A stretch of DNA of 64,000 nt from an uncultured delta proteobacterium. GTDB taxonomy: Bacteria > Myxococcota > Kuafuiibacteriia > Kuafuiibacteriales > Kuafuiibacteriaceae. The stretch's first letter is position 1; each line of letters starts with the position of its first letter. The notes below the pieces were generated by a model that worked only from the letters and a program-made list of their open reading frames with translations, was not told where the DNA came from and made no database searches. Below, piece after piece: positions 9,872 through 20,168 of this stretch. A program made the translations under genes and the position numbers. The DNA lies in NCBI GenBank assembly GCA_963803435.1, contig CAWDML010000001.1:3136001-3200000 (forward strand), written 5' to 3'.

Positions 9872-10687
9872 TCAGCAGCGCTTCAGCAGATCGTCGACGG
9901 CCTCGACGATCGAGTCCGGCGCGTCGAGGTGGAGATCGTGGCCGCTGCCCGGCACGATCCGGTGATGGCCGCCGCGGACGGCCCCGGCGAACTTCCGGTG
10001 CATCGCCTGGACCCGGGTCTCGCCGTCGCCGGTCTTCGTCCCCGGGAGCCAGTCGTCTGCGGCCGAGAGGACCTCGAACGGGACCATCGGCGTCCCCAGC
10101 CCGCCGAGCTGCTGGAGGCTCTCGTCGAGCGCGGCCAGCTCGCCGCGGATGGAGCGGAGCACGTCCGGCTTGTAGCCGTAGCGAAGCTCGCGGGCGGCGG
10201 CCTTGGGCAGGCGCTTCGCGATGGGCGGTCCGCGGAAGAAGAAGCGCGACGCCGCGAGCAGGCCGAGCCGCGCCGGCATGATCATGCGCGCGCAGCTTTT
10301 GTCGAGCGCGTCCCTGATCTGGCGGAAGTACTTGCTCACGCCGAGCGACTCGACGACCGGATCCAGGAGCACCATCCCGAGCACGTCCTGCTGCTGCCGG
10401 TAGGCGAACGTCCGGGCGTGCACCGCGCTGAACCCGTGCGCCACGTACAGGTACGGCCCCGAGATCCCTGCCGCGTGGAGGGTACTCTGAAGCTCGTCGA
10501 CGATCTGGAAGCTCGAGCGCGGCCAGGGCCCGGGGTCGCTCCCGCCGAGGCCCATGTGATCGAATGAGACGGTGGTGAACCGCTCCGCGAGCTTCGGCTG
10601 GACCAGGGCCCAGATCGCGGACCAATGCCCCCACCCCGCATCGAGGAGGATCACCGGCGACCCTTCCCCCATGCGTTCGATTCTCAT
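9872..10687 (-). CDS. Alpha/beta hydrolase fold protein
   Basis: MRIERMGEGSPVILLDAGWG...SFDHMGLGGSD...VAHGFSA...VLLDP...PGSGHDLHLDAP; nucleophile elbow is atypical (HGFS rather than HSxG). Confidence 0.8.
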   Translation of the reverse strand: MRIERMGEGSPVILLDAGWGHWSAIWALVQPKLAERFTTVSFDHMGLGGSDPGPWPRSSFQIVDELQSTLHAAGISGPYLYVAHGFSAVHARTFAYRQQQDVLGMVLLDPVVESLGVSKYFRQIRDALDKSCARMIMPARLGLLAASRFFFRGPPIAKRLPKAAARELRYGYKPDVLRSIRGELAALDESLQQLGGLGTPMVPFEVLSAADDWLPGTKTGDGETRVQAMHRKFAGAVRGGHHRIVPGSGHDLHLDAPDSIVEAVDDLLKRC

Positions 10688-10742
10688 GCAGCTGCTCTCC
10701 CCTAGATTCGACCCGCTCCGACATGGCGTGTAACCTATCTCC

Positions 10743-12191
10743 GTGACGAACGCGTCGGAGCATCTCCGCCGGTCCGTGGTCAAGATCTTCACGGTCACGA
10801 AGAAGCCCAATTACTACCAGCCCTGGGATTTCGGGTACCAGAAGAGCTCGGGAGGCTCGGGCTGCGTCATCGAGGGTAGGCGAATCCTCACGAATGCCCA
10901 CGTGGTGAGCAACCAGGTCTACGTGCAGGTCCTGAAGACGGGCGACGTCAAGAAGTATAGCGCGCGGGTCGGCTTCGTCGATCACGGATCGGATCTGGCC
11001 CTGCTCGAGCTCGAGGACCCCGCGTTCTTCGAGGGCACAGTCCCCGTCGAGTTCGGCGAGCTCCCCGAGAGACGGGACAAGGTCGCCGTCTACGGCTTCC
11101 CGATCGGCGGGAACGAGCTGTCGATCACCGAGGGCGTGGTATCGCGGATCGAGGTCCGCGCCTACTCCCACAGCAAGCGCGAGCTCCTGGCGATCCAGGT
11201 CGACGCCGCCATCAACCCGGGCAACAGCGGCGGTCCGGTGATCCGGGACGGCCGGCTCATCGGCGTCGCGTTCCAGTCGTACAGCCGGAGCAAGCAGGTC
11301 GAGAACTCGGGCTACGTGGTACCGATCCCGCTGATCGAGCACTTCCTCCAGGACGTGCAAGCCGGGCGATCCAACGGCATCCCGGCGCTGGGCATCTACT
11401 TCCAGAAGCTCGAGAGCGACGCCCTCCGCACGTACCTCCGTATGGAGGCCAACGACAGCGGCGTGCTGGTGACCCGCGTGATCCACGGATCATCGGCCTT
11501 CGGAGTGCTCGAGGAGGAGGACGTCATCACGCGCATCGGCGGCGAGGCGGTGGCGAACGACGGGTCGATCTCGTTTCGGGGCGACGACCGCGTCCACTTC
11601 TCGCACGTGCTGGCGCGGCACCATGTCGGCGATCGGATGGAGATCGAGGTCCTGCGGCACGGGGAGCGCGAGACGCTCTCGCTGGAGCTGCAGGCACCGG
11701 TGGGGCTGGTGGCGCGTCCGAAGAACGACGTGCGACCCACGTACTTCGTCTTCGCCGGCCTGGTCTTCACCCCGCTGACGTACAACTACATGCGCGAATA
11801 CGGCGAGTGGAAGGACATCGACCACCGCTTGAAGTTCTTCTACACCGACGGTCTTCCCACGCCCGAGCGGAAGGAGATCGTGCTGATCGGCCAGGTGCTG
11901 GCCCACGACGTCAACATCGGCTATCACAAGCTTCACAACGCGGTGGTCGAGCGCGTCAACGGCAAGGTCATCACCGAGATCCGCGACGTCTTGAGAGCGC
12001 TCGAGACGCCGGTCGGCAAGTTTCACGTCTTTCACCTCGACCATCACACCGCGCGCAGCACCTCCGACTACGCGGCCGACGCTGGAACGCGGATCGTGAT
12101 CGAGGCCGACAAGGCCGAAGGCGCCACCCGCGAAGTGCTGGACCGATACGGAATTGCCCGCGACCGCTCGCAAGATCTGGACGGCCTCTGA
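10743..12191 (+). CDS. Deg/HtrA-family trypsin-like serine protease with PDZ domains (Deg2-like)
   Basis: ILTNAHVV, DLALL, DAAINPGNSGGP catalytic triad; PDZ regions; FAGLVFTPLT motif. Confidence 0.92.
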   Translation: MTNASEHLRRSVVKIFTVTKKPNYYQPWDFGYQKSSGGSGCVIEGRRILTNAHVVSNQVYVQVLKTGDVKKYSARVGFVDHGSDLALLELEDPAFFEGTVPVEFGELPERRDKVAVYGFPIGGNELSITEGVVSRIEVRAYSHSKRELLAIQVDAAINPGNSGGPVIRDGRLIGVAFQSYSRSKQVENSGYVVPIPLIEHFLQDVQAGRSNGIPALGIYFQKLESDALRTYLRMEANDSGVLVTRVIHGSSAFGVLEEEDVITRIGGEAVANDGSISFRGDDRVHFSHVLARHHVGDRMEIEVLRHGERETLSLELQAPVGLVARPKNDVRPTYFVFAGLVFTPLTYNYMREYGEWKDIDHRLKFFYTDGLPTPERKEIVLIGQVLAHDVNIGYHKLHNAVVERVNGKVITEIRDVLRALETPVGKFHVFHLDHHTARSTSDYAADAGTRIVIEADKAEGATREVLDRYGIARDRSQDLDGL

Positions 12192-12649
12192 TGGACGACG
12201 CATCCAAGATTCTCAACAGCCACCTCGGGGGGTTCAACCGCCTGATGGGGCTCCGCTTCGTGCACGCCACCGACGAGGAGGTGATCGCCGAGGTGGAGGT
12301 CGGTCCCCAGCACACGCAGCCATACGGCCTGGTCCACGGCGGCGTCTACGCGGCGATGATCGAGACGCTCTCGTCCACCGGCGCCGCGCTGGTCTCGATG
12401 TCGCGGGGGCAGATGCCGGTGGGGCTCGAGAACTCGACCTCCTTCGTCCACGCCGTCCGCAGCGGCACACTCCGGGGCCGCGCCACGCCGCTGACGCGCG
12501 GGCGCAAGACCCAGGTCTGGCAGGTCGAGATCCGCGACGACGCCGGCCGGCTGGCGGCGACCGGTCGGGTGCGGCTCCTGTGCCTGGAGCCCGGCTCCGA
12601 GGTTGCGGGTCAGGCGGTCGCGCTCGAGAACGACGAGCCTGTCACCTGA
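12191..12649 (+). CDS. PaaI-family thioesterase
   Basis: HTQPYGLVHGGVYAAMIETLSS...GLENSTSFV...GRKTQVWQVEI; ATG overlaps the upstream TGA. Confidence 0.9.
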   Translation: MDDASKILNSHLGGFNRLMGLRFVHATDEEVIAEVEVGPQHTQPYGLVHGGVYAAMIETLSSTGAALVSMSRGQMPVGLENSTSFVHAVRSGTLRGRATPLTRGRKTQVWQVEIRDDAGRLAATGRVRLLCLEPGSEVAGQAVALENDEPVT

Positions 12650-13991
12650 CGTAGATCGGGTTCGAGTAGATCCACACCAGCTCCTGGTTCACGAACATCG
12701 GCCGATAGCTGCCGAGGAGCTCTGCGACGTGCGACGGCTTCATCCGGACCTCGGTGCGATACGCGCCCGGCTCGGTCGGCATGAAGGTGAGGTCGCCGGT
12801 GTCGGCGGTGGCCACGGGCTCCCAGCCGGAGGCGGTGGCGCGGAGCATTCGAATCTGCAACCTCGGTTGACGCGCCTCCTCGAGGCCGCGCACGGTGGGG
12901 CGCCGCACGATCAGCCGCGGCCCCGCGCCCAGCTGGATCTCGTCGCCCATCTCGTACGTCGCTCCGCCGGCCTCGCCCACGAAGTCGAAGCCGTCGGCGT
13001 AGCCAAGCACCTCGATCACACCGTAGAGCCGGCCCGCCGCCAGCGCCGCCTTGAGCGTCCGATCGTCGAAGTCGGCGCGGTCCACCAGCAGGTGATTCGA
13101 GAACCACATCATCATCCGGCGATAGCTGTCGACGCGCTCGCCGTCCGGCATCATCGCCGGGAAGGTGTTGCGGTGGCAGTCGGTACCCATCGTGGTGGTG
13201 CGCCGGACACCGTGGGCCAGGGTCTCGGCCCAGGTGTCGAGATAGCGCGGGTCCTCCGAGAAGATGGGGAGGAACGCGAGATCCGACTGCGGCAGATCGG
13301 TGTCGCCGCGATCGAGCCGCACCAGGAGCTCGAGGATAGTGCCGGCCGCCAGGAGCGCGTTGGCGTGGAGGTTGTACATCTCGAAGCCGGTGATCGGCAG
13401 AGTGGAGAGCTGGTCAGCGTTCCAGTTCTCGGTGTGGGCGATCAGCACGAGCGCGCCCGTGTCGGCGAGCATCGAGATGGCCCGGGTCGAGGTCTCGCCG
13501 TACGCGACCTGGCGATCGACCGCGTGGTGCTCGATCCCGACGGGCATCAGATCCGACTCGAGTCCGGGGATCAGCAGCGGGCGCCGGCCGTCCGGACAAC
13601 CGAGGTGGTTCGCGACCGGCGCACCGTCCCGCTCCACCAGTTGGTCCCGCGCCGGATCGTAAAGGAGCAGATCCGGATACTCGTACTCGCGGAACGAGGC
13701 GGGGTGATCGGTGAGCATGACGAAGTCGTGCTTGGACTGGCAGAGGCCGCGGCGGAAGTCCTCGAGGCAGACCGGATCGCGTACGCCGTCCTTCACCGGC
13801 TCGTTGTCGCAGGCGTCGTGGGAGTAGATCGAGTGGGCGTGGATCAGGCCGCGTACGTCATAGAGCCCGCGCGCGTTCGGACCGGGGATCGACGCCAGCG
13901 CGATCCCCGGCTGCCAGGGCTCCGCTGGCGCGACCGGCTTCTGGGAGCACCCCAGGAGCAGGATCAGCGGGAGCGCGGTCGTCTTCGCCAT
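12642..13991 (-). CDS. Lipoprotein with PHP-like metallohydrolase domain
   Basis: Lipobox LLLGC; GLIHAHSIYSHD, LTDH, LIAH and GTDCH metal ligands; C-terminal WIYSNPIYV. Confidence 0.75.
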   Translation of the reverse strand: MAKTTALPLILLLGCSQKPVAPAEPWQPGIALASIPGPNARGLYDVRGLIHAHSIYSHDACDNEPVKDGVRDPVCLEDFRRGLCQSKHDFVMLTDHPASFREYEYPDLLLYDPARDQLVERDGAPVANHLGCPDGRRPLLIPGLESDLMPVGIEHHAVDRQVAYGETSTRAISMLADTGALVLIAHTENWNADQLSTLPITGFEMYNLHANALLAAGTILELLVRLDRGDTDLPQSDLAFLPIFSEDPRYLDTWAETLAHGVRRTTTMGTDCHRNTFPAMMPDGERVDSYRRMMMWFSNHLLVDRADFDDRTLKAALAAGRLYGVIEVLGYADGFDFVGEAGGATYEMGDEIQLGAGPRLIVRRPTVRGLEEARQPRLQIRMLRATASGWEPVATADTGDLTFMPTEPGAYRTEVRMKPSHVAELLGSYRPMFVNQELVWIYSNPIYVR

Positions 13992-15943
13992 ATCAAGACT
14001 CCCAGCAGACCGAGCACCAACCCCGCCGCACCGAAGTCGGGTCGACCGGTGCAGGTGCAACCGGAGCTCAAGCTGCCGCTTCCCGCCTCGATGACGATCG
14101 CGTACGGACGCTGGCGGGTGCGTCCGCGCGCATCTTCGACGATCAGCGAGAAGCCGTGCACCAGCGGGCGGAAGGCGCGGCCCACGATCAGCGCGGTGTC
14201 GGTCGGGTAGTCGGTGCCATCGCCCTGGGCCAGGAAGAAGCCGTCGGGCAGGCTCTCACCGGGGCCGAGCGACCATTGGTACGGAGGCGTGCCGCCGTCC
14301 GCCTCCAGCGGAAGCTCGAGGAGGCTGCGCACCAGCCCGGTGGGCAGCGACTCCGTCACGATGTGGAAGTCGCTGGTGTCCCGGATGTCGACCTGGAACA
14401 GCGCAGTGTCGCTGGCGCCGTCGGTGGTGGAGTCGGTGACCCGCACGCGGAGCGGCCAAACGCCGAACTGCTCGGCGGTGCCGGCGATGTGACCGTCCTC
14501 GGTGACGCTGAGGCCCGGCGGCGGCGTGGAGGCGGCCTGCCAGCGATACGGCGGGACGCCGCCGATCGCCTGGATCGTGTAGTCGAAGGGCTGTCCGGCC
14601 TCACCCACGGGCTGCTCGGTGGTCAGGATCAGCACCGTCGCCAGCGGGACGATCTCCACCTCGTACAGGAGCGAGTCGATGGCCCCCAGTCGATCGGAGA
14701 CGGTGACGCCGAAGCTGAAGTGACCGAGCTGACTGGGGATGCCGGAGATGACGCCGCTGGTCGAGAGATCGAGGCCGGGCGGGATGATCCCCCCGCCCTC
14801 GGTCAGGCGCCAGTGATAGGGCGGCTCGCCGCCGCCGGCCACCAGGACCTGCTGGTACGGGTAGCGATGGAAGCCGCCGTCGACGGAGTCGGTGACGATG
14901 CGGAGCGGCTGGAACGTGGAGACGATCTCGACCGAGAACGCGCGGGACGCAGTCAGGCCCCGGCTCTCGACCTCAATCTCGAAGTCGAACGCGCCGGTCC
15001 GCGTGGGCGTGCCCGAGAGCGTGCCGCCGGTGTCGAGCGTGAGGCCCTCGGGGAGCGCGCCCGCCGTCAGCCGGTACGCGTAGTGGCCGTCGCCGCCCGA
15101 GGCCGCTAGCTGCACGTGGTAGTCGATCGTCAGCGTTCCGCCCGGGAGGCTCTCGGTGTCGAGCGCGATGGTGTCCTCGAACAGGTTCACGCGGCCGGCC
15201 TCGAAGAGGTTGTTGGTCTCGTCGGCCTCTGTGATCAGCCCGGCGGGATCGGCGATCACGCCGACCGTATAGTCACCCACGTGCGCGTCGGGCGGGACCA
15301 CGCCCGGGATCGAGCCGCCCAGGCTGCCGCCGGCCGGCACGGTGACGTCGGCGGTGCCGAGCAGGAGATCGGACGGCGTCACCACTGGATTTCGGGAGAG
15401 ATACGCGCCGACGGTGACGCTGGCGTCGAGCTGACCTCGGTTTTGGATCGTGAAGCCGACGTCGAGGTTCGCACCGGCGGTCAGCGAGGTCGCGCTGGCG
15501 TTGCCCGCGGTGATCACCAGATCCGGCGCCTCGGCGACCACGTGGGTGGTGGCGGAGGCGATCGCGAGGTTGTCGTACTCGTTGGACTCGACGATCACAT
15601 CGTCGAAGTCCGCGACGATCGCGACCGTGAATCGACCGCTGACGTTCGCCGGGATCGGACGCGTCACGGTGTAGACGTGCGGCTGCTGATCGCCGAGCGT
15701 GATCGGTCCGACCATCGCGAGCGGGATGGCCGTGTCGAGGGCACCGCCCAGCGTCAGGTACGGGCGCCAACGGAAGGCCGGCATCGGCTGCACGCCGTCA
15801 GACTGAAAGGACACCACGAGGCCGATCGACTGACCGGCGATCACGGTCGGATCGGCCACCACGCTCAGCGCCCGGACGTTGACCTGGGCCCACGCAGAGG
15901 CCGGGAACAGCGTCAGGAGCCCCGCGACGAGACTCGCTCGCAT
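13964..15943 (-). CDS. Secreted CARDB x2 + Ig-like x4 surface protein with MYXO-CTERM tag
   Basis: Signal peptide ...PASAWA|QVNV; two CARDB repeats (ESNEYDN, EADETNN); four A.GG.PPY.W Ig-like repeats; C-terminal SGCTCTGRPDFGAAGLVLGLLGVLIWRRRPRSR. Confidence 0.85.
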   Translation of the reverse strand: MRASLVAGLLTLFPASAWAQVNVRALSVVADPTVIAGQSIGLVVSFQSDGVQPMPAFRWRPYLTLGGALDTAIPLAMVGPITLGDQQPHVYTVTRPIPANVSGRFTVAIVADFDDVIVESNEYDNLAIASATTHVVAEAPDLVITAGNASATSLTAGANLDVGFTIQNRGQLDASVTVGAYLSRNPVVTPSDLLLGTADVTVPAGGSLGGSIPGVVPPDAHVGDYTVGVIADPAGLITEADETNNLFEAGRVNLFEDTIALDTESLPGGTLTIDYHVQLAASGGDGHYAYRLTAGALPEGLTLDTGGTLSGTPTRTGAFDFEIEVESRGLTASRAFSVEIVSTFQPLRIVTDSVDGGFHRYPYQQVLVAGGGEPPYHWRLTEGGGIIPPGLDLSTSGVISGIPSQLGHFSFGVTVSDRLGAIDSLLYEVEIVPLATVLILTTEQPVGEAGQPFDYTIQAIGGVPPYRWQAASTPPPGLSVTEDGHIAGTAEQFGVWPLRVRVTDSTTDGASDTALFQVDIRDTSDFHIVTESLPTGLVRSLLELPLEADGGTPPYQWSLGPGESLPDGFFLAQGDGTDYPTDTALIVGRAFRPLVHGFSLIVEDARGRTRQRPYAIVIEAGSGSLSSGCTCTGRPDFGAAGLVLGLLGVLIWRRRPRSR

Positions 15944-16054
15944 CGAGGGAGCCTACAGCGAGGATCGCGGGAGAGCCTCGGTGATCGGTCGGAGTTAGAT
16001 TCCTGGCGCTTCGATGTGGTGCAGATCACGATCGCTCATCGGATAAACCCGAGC

Positions 16055-17590
16055 CTAGAAGGCCCCACAGATCGCGCCGCCGATCACCGTCTGATCGGGA
16101 TAGACGATCCCGCTCGGCCACTCGAGCTGCCCCGCGATCCAGAGGTCGTCGTCGTTGATCATCGCGTGGGTCAGCTCCGCGGCCAGAAGACCAAAGACGT
16201 AGACCCGCACGGTGGCGTTCGAGACGCTGGTCGGCCAGGTCGAGACCTCGGAGTTGCTCGCGTAGTAGTGGACCGCGATCGTGTAGCGGCCGTCTGGGAT
16301 GAAGCGCTCGGGGCCGTCGCCGTCGATGTTGATGTTCTCGGGCCCGAAGCCGCTCCGGTCGTCGACGTCGAGCCGCGGGTTCGCACCGGGCGTGGCCGGG
16401 AACCAGTTCGGGGTACGGCCGCAGTCCCGGTAATGCACGTCGTTGTTGCAGTCGCAGAACGTACCGTTGGCCTGGATCAGGTGGAGGTCGAGGTCGGAGT
16501 CCGGATGGTCCCACGTGAGCTCGATCCGGACCGCGTTCGTGGGCAGCGCCTCCACCGCGCAGATCGCGGGCTCGCTCTCGAGACCGAGGCTGTCGACCAC
16601 CACCAGCTGCACCTCGTAGGTGCCGGTGAGGTCGGCCCAGAAGCTCGGCTGGGGCGTGCGGGCGCGCTCGAGCACCGACGTCGAGCCGCCGGGCCTCGAC
16701 ACCAGGCTCCAGAGGTACGTGAGCGGCTCGTTGGGCGGCTCATCCTGATCGTGGCTGGTCGAGCCGTCGAGCGTGACGCGGCTCCACGGATCGATGGTCT
16801 GATCGCCGCCGCACTCGGCGACCGGCGGAAGGTTGCCCAGCGCCACCAGGGGCACGCGGAGCCAGCCGCGGTGCTCGGGGATGTTGAGCGTCTCCACCAC
16901 GTTGGTCTCGAGCACGAGGCTGCCGGTGACCGTACCGCTGACAGTCATCGGGAGCTCGGCGGCCAGGCTGGCGCCGACCTGCGCGCCAGGCTCGAGCACC
17001 GCGGGCCGATCGGGCGCAGGCGTGGAGGTGGTGACGCGGAAGGGCGCGTCCGACGGATCGATCCGAATGCGATCGATCTCGAGGTTGTTGGTGCCGCAGG
17101 AGCGGACCACGAATGAGCGCACGGCGACGCCGCCCGAGGGGACGAAGCCGAAGTCGATCGGCGACGGGATCACCTCGACGCACGGCTTCCGCGTGTCGAT
17201 GCCGCGACCGATCATCGTGACCACGTGGATCGGGGCCTGCGGCTCGTCGCTCTCGATGGTCAGCGTCGCGGTGGCGACCTCGAGCCGCACCGGACGGAAG
17301 CGCACCGAGAGCTGATGCTCGAAGAACGGGCCCACCTCGTCGGGCGGATCGATGGCGAGGAAGCAGCCCTCGCAATCGGCGGGCTCCTCGATCGTGATCG
17401 ACTTGATCTTGGCGGGGACGTTCTCGAGGTTCTTGAGGAAGACGATCTCCGCTTTGGGTTGACCGAGCTCGACGGTCCCGAAGTCGATGTGCTCAGGCCG
17501 GACGTCGAGCACCGGATCGATCTTCCCGATCTGCGGATCCTCGCAGCCGGCGATGAGGAGAAGTGCGGCTGCGAGCGCGACCGGTCGCAT
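16055..17590 (-). CDS. Lipoprotein with two choice-of-anchor-D/ASH-like Ig domains, PKD-like domain and YfaP/DUF2135-like C-terminus
   Basis: Lipobox IAGC; P..IDFG repeats; VTLDGSTSHD...LTYLWSL; ELTWDHPDSDLDLHL...LDVDDRSGFGPENI...Y.IAVHYY. Confidence 0.8.
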   Translation of the reverse strand: MRPVALAAALLLIAGCEDPQIGKIDPVLDVRPEHIDFGTVELGQPKAEIVFLKNLENVPAKIKSITIEEPADCEGCFLAIDPPDEVGPFFEHQLSVRFRPVRLEVATATLTIESDEPQAPIHVVTMIGRGIDTRKPCVEVIPSPIDFGFVPSGGVAVRSFVVRSCGTNNLEIDRIRIDPSDAPFRVTTSTPAPDRPAVLEPGAQVGASLAAELPMTVSGTVTGSLVLETNVVETLNIPEHRGWLRVPLVALGNLPPVAECGGDQTIDPWSRVTLDGSTSHDQDEPPNEPLTYLWSLVSRPGGSTSVLERARTPQPSFWADLTGTYEVQLVVVDSLGLESEPAICAVEALPTNAVRIELTWDHPDSDLDLHLIQANGTFCDCNNDVHYRDCGRTPNWFPATPGANPRLDVDDRSGFGPENINIDGDGPERFIPDGRYTIAVHYYASNSEVSTWPTSVSNATVRVYVFGLLAAELTHAMINDDDLWIAGQLEWPSGIVYPDQTVIGGAICGAF

Positions 17591-17599
17591 GTCCCCACT

Positions 17600-20168
17600 C
17601 TACCGCTGACGGCGAGGCTTTCGGCCAATAAAAACGGCGAGCAAGAGCAACCACCACCCTGCCCCGCTGGCGCCGGATCCCGCCCGCTGAGCGCGGCAGG
17701 AGCAGCCCGCGTCGGCCGGCGTCATGGGCGTGGTGTCGACCTTGGCGCCGATCAGAGATCGAGACGGCCTGCGCGGCGTACCGTCCGTCGCCGTCGGTGA
17801 CCGTCACCATGAATGTGACGAAGGCCTCCTCCTCCGGAATGCCGGAGAGCTCGAGCGTCTCACGCTCGCCCATGGTGACGGCGTAGGCCATCCCGCGCGG
17901 GAGGCTCTGACCGAGCACGCGCCACGTGAAGGGCGGAACACCTGCGCGCGCCTCCATGACCGCGGAGTAGGCCTCGCCGACAATCCCGGTCGGGAGCGTC
18001 GAGGGCGTGATCCCGAGGCCCTCGTCCTGCAGGACGGCCAGGCGGAAGTTCGCGGTGTCCGATCCGGAGGTGACGCCGGTGCCCTCGATCGCGCGCACGG
18101 AGAAGAGCCAGACACCCACCTTCTGCGGCACGCCCACCAGCCGGCCGTTCGGCGCCAGCGCGAGTCCGTCGGGCAGCGGCCCGCCGGTGTCGAACGTGAC
18201 CGTCGAGGTGGCGGACTTTCCGAGGACGCGGAGCTGCACCGCGTACTCGTCGCCGAGCTGCGCGTCCGGAAGCACCGCGGAGACCAGCGTGAGCCGTCCC
18301 GGCTCGGCGACGGTGAGGATGAGCGTGCGCTGGACCGTCTGACCTCCGTCGGTCGCCTCGAGGTCGAGATCGTAGTCGCCGGCCTGGAGCGACACGCCGT
18401 GGAGATAGCCGTCCGCGTCCAGCTCGAGGCCGGGCGGAGGAATCGACTTCAACGTGAAGTGGACCTCGCTGGCGCCACCCACCGCGACGATGTGCTGCTG
18501 CTGCGCCGGGTCGGTGCCGGGGTCCGCGGGAGGATAGGCATCGCCGACGATGCCGGGGAGGAGCTCGCGCGTGACGATCGAGAGCCCGCCCTCGACGGTG
18601 TCGACCGCGATCTCGAGATCGGCCTGGGCGTCGACCCCGCCGCTGGTCACGGCCACCGTGAAGAGTGCGCTGCCGCGGGAGCGCGGCGACCCGCGGATCT
18701 CGCCCGACGGCAGCAGGTTGAGACCCTGGGGGAGCGATCCGCCGGCCATCGACCACTGGTAGGTGCCATCGCCGCCGCTCGCGCGGAGGAACACCGAGTA
18801 CGGCACGTCGACGTAGCCGCCGGGGAGCGCGGACGTGGTCACCGCGAGCGACGTGCTGGCCACCGTCAACGGAGCAGCAGAGACGCCGGTGTTGTTGACC
18901 TCGTCGAGCTCGTGGACCGCGTCGTTCGGATCCATCAGGACGCCCAGGTAGTACGCGCCGGGCTCGAGATCGGACGGAAGGTCGACCTGCACGGAGACCG
19001 ACGAGGTCGTGAGCAGGGGGAGCGCGATGGTACCGGTGTGGACCTCGACGTCGTCGACGCTGATGACACGGTTCTGGGAGAGCACGAGGCTCCAGTCGGC
19101 GGCACCGTCGAGGTTGCCGGCGTTGGCCAGCGCCACCGTCACCGAGATCGATGTCCCCGGTGAGGCAGAGGGTACGGACGGCGAGACGTTCGCAACGGTG
19201 AAGTCGGGCTGTCGCGCCGCCACACGGAAGTCGCCGGCCGGGATGAACACGTTGTCGAGCTCGCTCGGCTCCATCACCTGATCGTTCGCGTCGGCCACGA
19301 GCGCCAGGCGGTAGCGGCCGCTCGCCTGATCGAGCGGGAGGGAGACCAGCGGCGTCTCGTCGAGCGTCTGGTACGGGCCGAGCGTGACGGGCGTGGAGGT
19401 GAAGATCGGATTGTTCGGCGCCGACTCGCCGAGCGTGAGGAGATGGACCTGGTAGACGAACGGGCCCAGCGGGTTCATGTGCAGCGACTGGATGCGGATC
19501 GGGACTGCGAACGGGATCCCGGGATAGGCGACGCTCGGGAGCACCAGGTCGCTCGCGACGATGTCGGGACCACCGTCCTCGAGGGCGCGAAAGACCAGAT
19601 CCTGCGCCCCGCTGAAGTCGGTGCCGCTGCAGAACGGGCTGCATCCGAGGATCGGACCGCCCTGGAGTCCCGACGGATCCTCGAAACCAGTGGTGGCGGC
19701 CCACACGAATGGATCGCTCAGGTTGGAGATCGGACCGTAGCGAACCTCGAACTGTCCGGACGGGCCCTCGTAGAAGAGGACCTGCATCTTGATGATCCCG
19801 CCCGTGGGCTCGAAGTAGGCCTCGGCGTCCTCCCACTGGACGATGAAGACGCGGTTGGGCGCGGTGCCCTCAACGATGGTGCTGGCGTTGTTCGTGATCA
19901 GGTCCGTCCACCAGAGCGCGATCATGTTGTTGGGCGGGTTCTGGCTGAGGATGGGCTCGTTGAAGCGCGAGTCGCCGTCGGTGTCGAAGGTGACGTAGCC
20001 GTTCGTGCCCACGGTGACCTGCGTGTAGTCGGCGTCGAAGTAGTGAAAGGGAAACGGCAGCGTGACGGTGGCCTGGTCGTCGTCGTCCGAGGGGAAGGCG
20101 ATCGGCGTGCCGCCGGTGCGCTCCTGATAGGTCTCGGTGAGCGTCTGCGTCTGGTACATGCCCGTTTG
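17600..20168 (-). other. Polyprotein unit 4 (type B): NIDO-like head, 2 CARDB, 4 Ig-like, terminal MYXO-CTERM
   Basis: Starts QTGMYQT; LPFPFHYFD...VGTNG...IALWWTDL; terminal GCSC-TM-RKPRRQR* after correcting one indel. Confidence 0.72.

Noticed and set aside
17493-17599. C-terminal extension of the 3874-aa ORF overlapping the next gene
   Set aside because: Frameshift artefact; the alternative frame gives a proper MYXO-CTERM and a stop at 17600.
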